From an uncultured Gemmatimonadales bacterium (GTDB lineage: Bacteria; Gemmatimonadota; Gemmatimonadetes; Longimicrobiales; Gaopeijiaceae), in NCBI GenBank assembly GCA_963809895.1, contig CAWELD010000003.1, forward strand, positions 896,001 to 960,000: a stretch of 64,000 bases of DNA, in the 5' to 3' direction. Shown one piece after another: positions 40,774 to 49,859 of this stretch (position 1 is the first letter of the stretch; every line of letters begins with the position of its first letter). The notes beneath the pieces are model-generated. The model saw only the letters and a list, made by a program, of their open reading frames with translations, ran no database searches and was not told the DNA's origin. Made by a program: the position numbers and the translations under genes.

Positions 40774-41874
40774 ATGAAGACACTCCACCGCGTGATCGGG
40801 GACCTCAGTGTTCTCGCCGTGTTCCCGGGCGTACTCTCTGCACAGAATCGGCCGCCGAGCCTCGCATGGGAGATTGGTGCGATCTCGGGTTCACGCTATG
40901 AGACCTGGGGACGAATCAGCTCAGCGGCTGTAGATGAGAAATGGATAGTAGCCTACGATGTCAATGTCTCGGAAGTCCGCGTCTTTGACGCGGGCGGACA
41001 CTACCTCCGGTCCTTCGGGAGGCCCGGAAATGGACCCGGTGACTTTGCTGGCCCAGTTGGGATGGAGGAGATCCGTGGGGACACGCTCGTCACGCTCCAG
41101 CCACTGGACCGCCTGACCAGTCGCTTCCTTCTCACCAGTGGCGAGCATCTTGTGACGAGGCGAATGGACACCCATGACCTGCGGTCGGTCCGGGATTCCC
41201 GAACCGTCGGAGGGACGCGTTTCTATCTGACCAACCCCTTTGGAGGCATCCCATTCGCGGCGCGCCTCTATCGACTGGGGCCAAGTCAGGAACGGCCGGA
41301 TACCCTCCTTCAGATGCGCAACCTCCAACTCACCTTTCGCCCAAAGAATCGACCGGGTCTGAAGATAGTGCTCCCGCCAGCGAAGACCGGGCCGGAAGCA
41401 GTGGCTCGGTTCCTAGGTGATTCCTCGATACTCATCCTAGACGGAATCAAGGGTACGTTGAGCACCGCACGCCTGGGGGAGTCGCGACTGGACACTGTGG
41501 CTCAGGTGGATCTTCCCGAGAAGGGGGGCCCGACGACGCCCGAGCAGGAGCGTCGGCTGCGGGAATATTCCGAGCAGTTCAAGGAGGTCTTCCAGTGGGA
41601 CGAGTTGTACGTTCCTGACATGACCTCCGCCTGGGCCGCCATGATCTTGGACGGCGAGTCCGCCGTATGGATCAAGCGGAATGGGCTGCTCGCTGATGTG
41701 CCAGAGACCTGGATGCGAATGCGCTTCGACCACCCTGGTGTGTTCCAGCGCCTTACTTTCCCGCCTCGTGTAGCAGTCAAGGGTGTGCACGGCAATCGCG
41801 TGGTCGCGGTCCGCAAGGGTGAGTACGACGAAGAGTACCTTCAGCTCTATCAGGTGGAGCCCTGGGGCCGGTGA
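40774..41874 (+). CDS. 6-bladed beta-propeller protein, paralog 2
   Basis: Colinear with paralog 1 (ETWG, GRPGNGPGDF, LPEKGGPTT, WDELYVP). Confidence 0.82.
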   Translation: MKTLHRVIGDLSVLAVFPGVLSAQNRPPSLAWEIGAISGSRYETWGRISSAAVDEKWIVAYDVNVSEVRVFDAGGHYLRSFGRPGNGPGDFAGPVGMEEIRGDTLVTLQPLDRLTSRFLLTSGEHLVTRRMDTHDLRSVRDSRTVGGTRFYLTNPFGGIPFAARLYRLGPSQERPDTLLQMRNLQLTFRPKNRPGLKIVLPPAKTGPEAVARFLGDSSILILDGIKGTLSTARLGESRLDTVAQVDLPEKGGPTTPEQERRLREYSEQFKEVFQWDELYVPDMTSAWAAMILDGESAVWIKRNGLLADVPETWMRMRFDHPGVFQRLTFPPRVAVKGVHGNRVVAVRKGEYDEEYLQLYQVEPWGR

Positions 41875-42246
41875 AGCTCCTCACCGTCATGGCCCTCATC
41901 CAGGGATTGGCGAGCGCACCCGCCGCTGTCCATTCGACAACCTCAGTCGCAGATGCCGTGGCTCGAGTCATCGGCGATTTTCATCGAGTCGAGCTAGAGC
42001 AATTTGCGGCGACGGTTCCCGGCGATAGCCTGGAGTCTTGGAGGACGCGCCTCGGCTCGGATGGGCCTCCGCATGACGCGGACTCGGCGACCCTGCGCTG
42101 GGTACTCGACGCTGCCCTTGCTCGTGCCGAATGTGAGGTTGGGCTAGGAGCCGCGAAGTGTGATGCCGCCCGAATTCTCGAGGCCACCGGTCTTGAGATG
42201 AAGTCTCCGGAGTTGCGGGCCATCGCGGCTGCCATGCTGGACGCGT
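41842..42246 (+). repeat. Near-identical ~405-bp direct repeat, copy 2
   Basis: Matches 40070-40474. Confidence 0.92.
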
Positions 42247-43055
42247 TGGATCACTCACCAACCGCCGATTCCAATGGCTCGGCCGGTACTCTTGCAGACG
42301 GCATCGCCGCGATATCGAAAGCGGCATCTCGAATGTCAACCCTGTTTCCCCGCCCCGTCTCCGGGGTGGATGTCCAGCTGGGTGCCGGTCTGGGCGCCCC
42401 GGCCAGATATTTTCCGACATGGGCCGGTGGCCCTGAGTTGCTCGTCGACACCCTCCTGCTTCGTGAGACCGTCCCCGGGACGCTCGATCTGATCCTCGCC
42501 CATGAGGTCTACCCCGGGCATCACCTCCAGGCCGAGCACAACGGCGGCGCACGGCTCGCGGTCTTCGGCGGCTTGCCCTGGACGGCCTTCGTCGAGGGCT
42601 GGGGCGTCTACTCGGAAGGATATGCGGCAGCCGTGTTCCCCCAGGATGCTGCGGTCGCGAGGCATGCGTGTCTCGCACATCTTGGTACGCTGGCGCAGAA
42701 CGTCCTGGACACCGATGAGGACGATCGGACCGACGAACTGAACGCCACGCAGCTCAAGGCAGCCACCTACCTGATGGGCTATTTGGAGATCCTCACGCTT
42801 CGCGCAAGCGCACGCGAGGCTGGGCTCTCCGACGGTGAGTTTCACCGCAGACTGCTGGCTTCCTTCCCCGGTCCTTGGGACTGGGTGGAGTACGCCGTCC
42901 TTGGCGCCGAGCGAAGGGCCCGCGAACCGATCGACTGGCCCTCGCAGATTGCCGTCCTGGAGAACGACTTCTGTGGCACGGCGATCGACGCTGAGCGCAC
43001 CAGTGGTCAGGGCCAACCACTTTCCGCATCCGACACCTCACTCGTCCCAGCCTGA
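41871..43055 (+). CDS. DUF885-family (metallopeptidase-like) exported protein
   Basis: AHEVYPGHHLQ, FVEGWGVYSE, ATYLMGYLEILTLR and EFHRRLL. Confidence 0.8.
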   Translation: MKLLTVMALIQGLASAPAAVHSTTSVADAVARVIGDFHRVELEQFAATVPGDSLESWRTRLGSDGPPHDADSATLRWVLDAALARAECEVGLGAAKCDAARILEATGLEMKSPELRAIAAAMLDALDHSPTADSNGSAGTLADGIAAISKAASRMSTLFPRPVSGVDVQLGAGLGAPARYFPTWAGGPELLVDTLLLRETVPGTLDLILAHEVYPGHHLQAEHNGGARLAVFGGLPWTAFVEGWGVYSEGYAAAVFPQDAAVARHACLAHLGTLAQNVLDTDEDDRTDELNATQLKAATYLMGYLEILTLRASAREAGLSDGEFHRRLLASFPGPWDWVEYAVLGAERRAREPIDWPSQIAVLENDFCGTAIDAERTSGQGQPLSASDTSLVPA

Positions 43056-43061
43056 CTGAGA

Positions 43062-44294
43062 ATGTCGAGCGGCCCCCCACGTCCCCCGTTCCGGCAACTG
43101 CCAATAGGGTCGGCTCGGAGAATCGGTCTTCTCCACCACAGAGTGGTGGGGGCCGGTCGAGCGATCATACCCAGACGGCGCGCGCCCGCCATTCGTATTC
43201 TCCTCCTCTTACCGCTGTCGGCGTGCGAGGCCCCGGCCCGACCGGCGGCTTCGCCTTGGGCGTTGGTCCCGGGCGACGGGGATCTGGAGCGTCCCCTCGT
43301 GGAGCAGCCGAGATACACGCTCCGCGAGGTCGCGACGATCGGGACATTCGACGGTCCGGGTGCCTTCGGTCGTGTCGTGGACCTCGCCTTCTCGGACGAC
43401 TCGGTGCTGGCCGTAGTGGATGCCTACGGGTGCGCGATCAAGCTCCTTGCCCCGTCGGACTACCGAACCGTCGCGGAATTCGGCGCATGCGGCCCCGGTC
43501 CCGGCGAGTTCCGTGACATACACGGAATCGCGTTCGAGGGCGACTCGCTCTGGATCTTCGACGCAGGCCGCAGACGGCTCCTCGTGGTTCTGCGTGACGG
43601 GACCGAGGTGGCTGCCCGGACCCCGGGCTTCCTCGCCGAGGCACCGGGACTCGCCTCGCTGAGCCGCAGCGACGGGAAGCTGGTCTTCTCCCCTATGTGG
43701 GTAGGGCCCTCGGAGCGCCGGCTCCTCGCTGTCGAAGACGGTCCGCGTGAAGTCCGGGGCATCGAAGACTCCCAACGCTCGCTTCGCAACCGAGACCGCT
43801 CGCTGGCCCGGTTTGCGCCATCCTGCGCGTTCCGATCAGGTCGGTCGATCCTCGTGGCGAACGCCTGGCAGATCGAGGCTCTCGTCGTGGACGAGGGGCT
43901 GGAGCCGATTGCCGTGACGCGCGCCCGCCGCGACTGGTACACACCGCGACCTGGCGCCACCGAAGGCGAGTTCACGCCGGCTTCGTTTCCCGTGCTCACA
44001 TGCGGTGACTCCGTGGGCGTCGTCAGGTATCGCACCAACGACTTGTCCGCCGGACGTGCCCACCCGAGGGTCGCGCACGCGCTACTGCTCGTTGTCGACA
44101 AGGAAGGGACCACCAGCATCCTGGAGGAGGTCGCCGACACCGCTTGGCCGAGCGTGACCGCGATGGCCCCCGGCGCCGGGATCGGAAATCTCTTCGCGTT
44201 CTACTCGAACGGCTTCGGACCCTATCCCATCATCCGCTTGCTCGAGCTCGAGCCGCTGGAGCGAGAGGGCCCATCGGGGGGAGCCCAGCCATGA
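43062..44294 (+). CDS. 6-bladed beta-propeller lipoprotein (start probably further downstream)
   Basis: LLLLPLSAC lipobox and FGACGPGPGEF. Confidence 0.7.
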   Translation: MSSGPPRPPFRQLPIGSARRIGLLHHRVVGAGRAIIPRRRAPAIRILLLLPLSACEAPARPAASPWALVPGDGDLERPLVEQPRYTLREVATIGTFDGPGAFGRVVDLAFSDDSVLAVVDAYGCAIKLLAPSDYRTVAEFGACGPGPGEFRDIHGIAFEGDSLWIFDAGRRRLLVVLRDGTEVAARTPGFLAEAPGLASLSRSDGKLVFSPMWVGPSERRLLAVEDGPREVRGIEDSQRSLRNRDRSLARFAPSCAFRSGRSILVANAWQIEALVVDEGLEPIAVTRARRDWYTPRPGATEGEFTPASFPVLTCGDSVGVVRYRTNDLSAGRAHPRVAHALLLVVDKEGTTSILEEVADTAWPSVTAMAPGAGIGNLFAFYSNGFGPYPIIRLLELEPLEREGPSGGAQP

Positions 44295-45400
44295 TGCGCA
44301 ATCGAAATCGCCTGATCCCGGTCCTGCTGCCTCTCGCGTTTCTTCTTTCCGCCACCCTGGGCGCACAGACTCCGGCGCCCGAGTTCCTGTGGGAGGTGGG
44401 GGCGGTCACCGGCGGACCTCACGAGACGTGGGGCCAAGTCTTTTCGGCAGCCGTGAGCGACTCGTTTGTGGTGGCCTACGACATCAACGTGTCGGCTGTG
44501 AGCATGTTCGACACGGAGGGGCACTACGTCCGGTCGGTGGGAAGGCCGGGCCAGGGACCAGGAGACCTGGGCGGACCCGTCGAGATCTACGACATCCGAG
44601 GCGATACCCTGGTCACGCTGCAATCCCTCGACGGAATGAAGAGCCGGTTCCTCCTCAGCACTGGAAGGCACCTGGTAACCCGGAGGATGGACACGGATGA
44701 TCTCCGATCGGTCCGGGACAGCCGCGCGATCGGAGGTAGCCGCTACCACCTGACCAATCCCTACGGTGGCATCGGTGGCCTCGCCGCGCGGCTCTTTCGA
44801 AGCACCGACGGCGACGCCCAGCCGGACACGCTGTTGGAGCTGAGCGACCTGTTCCTGACCTACCGGTCGAAGCGCGAGGGGAACATCGAAATGACGCTGT
44901 CCACCGCTCAAACGGGCCCCGAAGGAGTGGCCCGTTTCCTGGGTGATTCCTCGCTCCTCATTCTGAACGGAATCCAAGGCACGCTGACGACGACCCGCCT
45001 GACGGAATCGGGGCTAGACACGTTGGCTCGGGTGGAGCTTCCCGAGAAGGGAGGGCCGACCACCGAGAAAGACGAGCGCCGCCTTCGCGACTATGTCGAG
45101 CAGTGGCACCAATACATGCATTGGGACGAGCTCTACGTGCCCGAGATGACCTCGGCCTGGGTTGCCATGATCCTGGACGGCGAGTCCGCCGTGTGGATCA
45201 AGCGGAACGTGCTCCTCGACGACGTCCCCGAGACCTGGATCCGCATGCGCTTCGATCACCCCGGCGTGTTCCAGGAGTTCACTTTTCCGGCGCGGGTGAC
45301 GGTGAAGGGTGTCCACGGCGACCGCGTGGTGGCGGTTCGTAAGGGCGAGTACGACGAGGAGTACCTGCAGCTCTACCGCGTGCAGCCCTGGGGCGAGTGA
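44291..45400 (+). CDS. 6-bladed beta-propeller protein, paralog 3
   Basis: Signal peptide; colinear with paralogs 1 and 2; ATGA overlap with the previous gene. Confidence 0.85.
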   Translation: MMRNRNRLIPVLLPLAFLLSATLGAQTPAPEFLWEVGAVTGGPHETWGQVFSAAVSDSFVVAYDINVSAVSMFDTEGHYVRSVGRPGQGPGDLGGPVEIYDIRGDTLVTLQSLDGMKSRFLLSTGRHLVTRRMDTDDLRSVRDSRAIGGSRYHLTNPYGGIGGLAARLFRSTDGDAQPDTLLELSDLFLTYRSKREGNIEMTLSTAQTGPEGVARFLGDSSLLILNGIQGTLTTTRLTESGLDTLARVELPEKGGPTTEKDERRLRDYVEQWHQYMHWDELYVPEMTSAWVAMILDGESAVWIKRNVLLDDVPETWIRMRFDHPGVFQEFTFPARVTVKGVHGDRVVAVRKGEYDEEYLQLYRVQPWGE

Positions 45401-45440
45401 CGGGATCCTGAGAGACTTGACGCCACGCTCGCGACGCCCG

Positions 45441-45464
45441 ACATATGAACAACTGCTCATATGT
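45441..45464. promoter_or_regulatory. ArsR/SmtB-type operator palindrome
   Basis: ACATATGAACAACTGCTCATATGT is an imperfect inverted repeat, downstream of TTGACG (45417). Confidence 0.8.
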
Positions 45465-45471
45465 TCACGGG

Positions 45472-45846
45472 ATGGCCGAGACCATGACCCAGTTCGACAC
45501 CGAAGCCCTCTGCGATCTGCACCTCGTCCACGAAGATGCGGTGCTCGCCGCGGTGGAGGACCGCGCCGACGACGAGGAGGTCACGTATCTCGCGGACCTC
45601 TTCCAGATGCTGGCCAGCCCCACGCGGCTGCGCATGGTGGAGGCGTTGGCCGGGCGAGAGCTGTGTGTCTGCGACCTGTCGGCAGTCGTGGGGGTCAGCG
45701 AATCCGCCGTGAGCCATCACCTCCGCCAGCTCCGCCAGATGCACGTGGTGCGCTACCGGAAGGAGGGCCGCATGGCCTATTACCGGCTGGACGACGCGCA
45801 TATCCAGGCACTCTTCCAGACGGGGCTCGAGCATGTCCGGGAATAG
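45472..45846 (+). CDS. Metalloregulator of the ArsR/SmtB family (CadC/ZiaR-like)
   Basis: [24 protein letters not shown], and DDAH..EH alpha5-type ligands. Confidence 0.92.
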   Translation: MAETMTQFDTEALCDLHLVHEDAVLAAVEDRADDEEVTYLADLFQMLASPTRLRMVEALAGRELCVCDLSAVVGVSESAVSHHLRQLRQMHVVRYRKEGRMAYYRLDDAHIQALFQTGLEHVRE

Positions 45847-48000
45847 CGCCACGGCTCCATCCCGGGACGTGGTATTCCGGGTTCCCACCATGGACTGCGC
45901 CGACTGCGCGCGGCGGCTGAGGACCGGCCTGGAAGCGGTGGAGGGGGTGTGCGAGGTGGCGGGCCAGCCGGTCCAGCGGCGGCTGCGGGTGCGGTACGAT
46001 CCCGAGCGCGTGGATACCGACCGGCTCCGGGACGCGGTGGGTCGCCTGGGATACGCGGCTCGGGAAGAGGGAACAGGGGACGACGGCGAGGCCCCCGGGA
46101 TCTGGTCGGGGCCCGAGGCCCAGCGGACGTGGATCGCCGGGGCCTTCTTCGCCCTGGCGCTGCTCCTACAGACGCTCTCCATCGGCCCCACCGTTGCGGC
46201 GCTGCCCTTGGGAGAGCTCCGCCTGGCGGGCGTCGCCTTCCTTGTCGCCGCCCTGGTGGGCGGCTGGAATTTCTTCCCCAAGGGCGTGCGCTCGGCGCGA
46301 AACCTCTCGCTGGACATGAACTTCCTGATGACCATCGCCATCCTGGGGGCGGTGGGCATCGGCAAGTATCTGGAGGCGGGCGCCATCGCCTTCCTCTTCT
46401 CGCTGGCCGAGCTCCTGGAGCACTACTCGGTGGAGCGGGCCCGGCGCTCCATCGAGTCCCTGGTGGACCTGTCGCCCCAGACGGCCACCGTCCTCGTGGA
46501 TGGCCAGGAAGTGAGCCGCTACGTCGAGAACGTGTCTCCGGGCGAGCTGGTGGTGGTACGTCCGGGCGAGCGCATCCCGGTGGACGGTCGCGTCGAGGAC
46601 GGCGCCTCGGCCGTGGACCAGTCCGCGGTCACCGGGGAGTCCATGCCCGTGGAGAAGACCGTGGGCGACGAGGTGTTCGCCGGCACGGTGAACGCCGAGG
46701 GCCACCTGAAGGTGCGGGTGGAGAAGGCCGCTCAGGACACGACGCTGGCCCGCATGATCCACCTCGTGGAGGAAGCCGAGGGGCGCCAGACCCGGAGCGA
46801 GCGCTTCGTCGAGCGCTTCGCCCGCTGGTACACGCCGGCGGTCACCGTGGGGGCCGTCCTGGTCGCCGCGGCGCCTCCGCTCGTGGCCGGCGCGGACTTC
46901 GGACTCTGGTTCGTGCGGGGACTCACGCTGCTGGTCATCGCCTGTCCCTGCGCCCTGGTCATCTCCACGCCCGTGGCCGTCGTCAGCGGCGTCACGGCCG
47001 CCGCCCGCAACGGCGTGCTCATCAAGGGGGGGATCCACCTGGAGACCATGGGCGAGGTGCGGGTGGTGGCCTTCGACAAGACGGGGACCCTGACCCGCGG
47101 GCATCCGGACGTGGTCGACGTGGTGCCGGCCCCCGACGCCGGTGTCACGCCCGAGGAATTGCTGGCGCTGGCCGCGGCGGTGGAACGCTACTCCGAGCAT
47201 CCGCTGGCCCGGGCCATCGTGCGCGCGGCGGAAGAGGGATCGCAGACGCGGCATCCCCCCTCCTCGGAAGGCTTCGAATCCCTCCGCGGACAGGGGGTTC
47301 AAGCCCATGTCGACGGAGGCGTCATGCAGGTCGGCAAGCTGGCGCTCTTCGGACAGGCCGGGGGACTGGACCGGCGCGTGCACGAGCTCCAGGGGGAAGG
47401 GAAGACCGTGGTCGCCGTGGGACCACCGGACCGCCCTCTGGGACTGCTGGCGCTGGCGGATCGTCCCCGCGAAGGGGCGGCGAAGCGCTGGCGGCCCTTC
47501 GCCGCGCCGGCGTCAGGCACCTCGTCATGCTCACGGGAGACAACGAGGAGACCGCCCGGGCCATCGGCCGGCAACTCGGCATCGACGACGTGAGGGCCGG
47601 CCTGATGCCCGAGGCGAAGGTGCGGATGGTGGAAGCGCTGGAGCGCGAGCTCGGCCCCGTGGCCATGGTCGGCGACGGCGTCAACGACGGCCCGGCCCTG
47701 GCCACGGCCTCGGTGGGCATCGCCATGGGCGCCGCCGCCAGCGACACGGCGCTGGAGACCGCCGACGTGGCCCTCATGGGCGATGACCTCGGCAAGCTGG
47801 CCTACCTGTACCGCCTATCCCATCAGGGCCGACGCGTGATCCGTCAGAACATCGCCGCCTCCATCGCCCTCAAGGGTGCGCTGGCGCTGGGCGTGCCGCT
47901 GGGCTGGGTGAGCCTCATCGTGGCGGTGGTGGTCGGGGACATGGGCGCCTCGCTGGGGGTGACCTCGAACTCGCTGCGGCTGGCACGGCTGAGGCCCTGA
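45833..48000 (+). CDS. zntA: Zn/Cd/Pb P1B-type ATPase (frameshift near 47482)
   Basis: [36 protein letters not shown] and GDMG. Confidence 0.88.
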
Positions 48001-48037
48001 CCGTGCGGAATGGGCCCGTCGCTGGCCTCACCGCCTC

Positions 48038-49345
48038 TCAGTTCCCCACGTTCCAGGCATTGAATCCCCCGATCACCTTGACGCCGTCCTTTCGCGTGCC
48101 CGCGGACATGGTCCAGCCCTCCAGGTTGAACTGGCCCTGAAAGCGCCCTTCCACGGTGGCGATCTTGACCGATCCCGACTCCGTGACGAACACGAGATCG
48201 GGCCCGATGAGCGCAGCCACAAAGGGGTGCTCCACACCGGCGGGAGGTCCGGACTCCTGAAGCGTCCTGGACAGGCGCAGCACGTCGTAGCTGCCCACGT
48301 CGGGCAGGCCTTCGGGACTGAAGAGCACCAGGCAGTAGAAGGGATCAGCGTCCACCTTGCCCAGGACCATGACGAGCTCACCGTCGTCCTCGACCCGGTA
48401 CGCCGCCTGACCGATGCGCTGCTCCTCGTCGAAGGTGACGACGGAGGCCGAGTTGCTGCCGGCCGCGGTGAGCAGGGTGGGATCGCACGCGAACGCGAAG
48501 TCTTCCGACATGGCGAGGGCTTCGGCGTCTTCTGGAGCGAGCTCCGCGGCAGGCGGCGGCACGTCGTCAGTGGTGGCCACGGCATCCATCACGGTCCCCG
48601 GGACCAGCTCCAGAACCAGCACGTTGGTGCGTTGCCGGACGTCCGGCAGCGGCGAGTCGTCCATGGGAGAGCGATAGGAGAGGTTCAGGCGGAGCTCCAT
48701 CACCGTGCGACCGGCATCTCCGCGGCAGCACCGGAAGTGATACTCGTCCCAGCCCGGGTCGGCGACGGGCAGGTCGAACTCGCGGACCTCCAGGCTCGCC
48801 ACCCGGAGCCCCAGGCGCCCCGCCGCTGGAGGCTCCTGAAAGGCCTCGGACGACTGAGGGAGCCCGATGTCCAGGGCGTCCACGAGGCTGGACCAGGCCT
48901 CCTCCTCATTCCATCCGGGGATGTCGTAGTCGTCCCATTCTCCCGGCGTATCCGCGTCGGGCCAGCCGTGTGAGGCTCGGACAGCGGCTGTGAAGGGGAA
49001 GGTGGCAAGTGATTGGTCGCCCCCGTAGCGTACGCCCAGGCTGCTGGACTGGACCATGTACCCGGGCTGGGCCCCGTCCACCTCGCCCGCCCATCCCAGG
49101 AAGTCCACCTGAAGGACCTGATCCAGTGGCATGCCGAGCTCGATGCCAAGCTCGTCACGGAGTGTCCGGACGAGCTGCGCCGAACTCGTCACGCCCTCGA
49201 ATGCGTCATCGGGGAGGACGAACCGGGCCACCATGGCCGGCTCGACCGGCTGATCGGCGACCTGACGGCCCCGAAGCGGTGCGGGCAGTCCGGCCAAGGC
49301 AATGGCTGCAGTCCCGACGACGGAGCGAATCGTGGATCCCTGCAT
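48038..49345 (-). CDS. Hypothetical secreted protein
   Basis: 435-aa ORF with SD-like GGAGG, signal-like N-terminus and acidic composition; no recognised motif. Confidence 0.65.
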   Translation of the reverse strand: MQGSTIRSVVGTAAIALAGLPAPLRGRQVADQPVEPAMVARFVLPDDAFEGVTSSAQLVRTLRDELGIELGMPLDQVLQVDFLGWAGEVDGAQPGYMVQSSSLGVRYGGDQSLATFPFTAAVRASHGWPDADTPGEWDDYDIPGWNEEEAWSSLVDALDIGLPQSSEAFQEPPAAGRLGLRVASLEVREFDLPVADPGWDEYHFRCCRGDAGRTVMELRLNLSYRSPMDDSPLPDVRQRTNVLVLELVPGTVMDAVATTDDVPPPAAELAPEDAEALAMSEDFAFACDPTLLTAAGSNSASVVTFDEEQRIGQAAYRVEDDGELVMVLGKVDADPFYCLVLFSPEGLPDVGSYDVLRLSRTLQESGPPAGVEHPFVAALIGPDLVFVTESGSVKIATVEGRFQGQFNLEGWTMSAGTRKDGVKVIGGFNAWNVGN

Positions 49346-49529
49346 GGTGCGCCTCCCCTCGGTTAACGGAAGCGGTCACCCTCGCCCGGCGGCGAGGTCG
49401 GACCACACTCCGAAACGTAAAAGCGCGCGGGGACCCGCCACTTGTCGCTCGCATGCTTGCGCCAGGCTTCCCCACAATGTAAAGATGCAAGTCCACAAAG
49501 TTATGTTGCAGGTCGACGGAGGATCGATC

Positions 49530-49859
49530 GTGGGGGAGCCCACCTTTCTCGGGGAATTCGAGCACCTGGTGATGGCGGCCGCGCTGCGCCTCGAACGCGC
49601 CTACGGGGCGCAGCTCATGCGAGAGATCGAGGACGTCACCGGCCGCACGGTGCAGGGGGGCTCACTCTACGTCACGCTGGATCGGCTCGAGGCCAAGGGA
49701 TACCTGTCCAGCCAGGCGGGCGCGTCGGACCCGGAGCGCGGCGGGCGGCCACGACGCTTCATCACCGTCACGCCCGAGGGAGCCCGGGCCCTGGCCGAGC
49801 ACCGCCAGGCGCTCCTGAAGATCTGGAGCGGCCTCGAGGAGCGTCTGGAGAACGCATGA
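49530..49859 (+). CDS. PadR family regulator (acidobacterial type)
   Basis: LGEFEHLVM, GSLYVTLDRLEAKG and ERGGRPRRF. Confidence 0.9.
   Translation: MGEPTFLGEFEHLVMAAALRLERAYGAQLMREIEDVTGRTVQGGSLYVTLDRLEAKGYLSSQAGASDPERGGRPRRFITVTPEGARALAEHRQALLKIWSGLEERLENA

Noticed and set aside
38502..45400. DGR, CRISPR or classical RiPP interpretation of the repeated locus
   Set aside because: No reverse transcriptase, no adenine-specific variation, no repeat-spacer array and no recognisable RiPP maturases.
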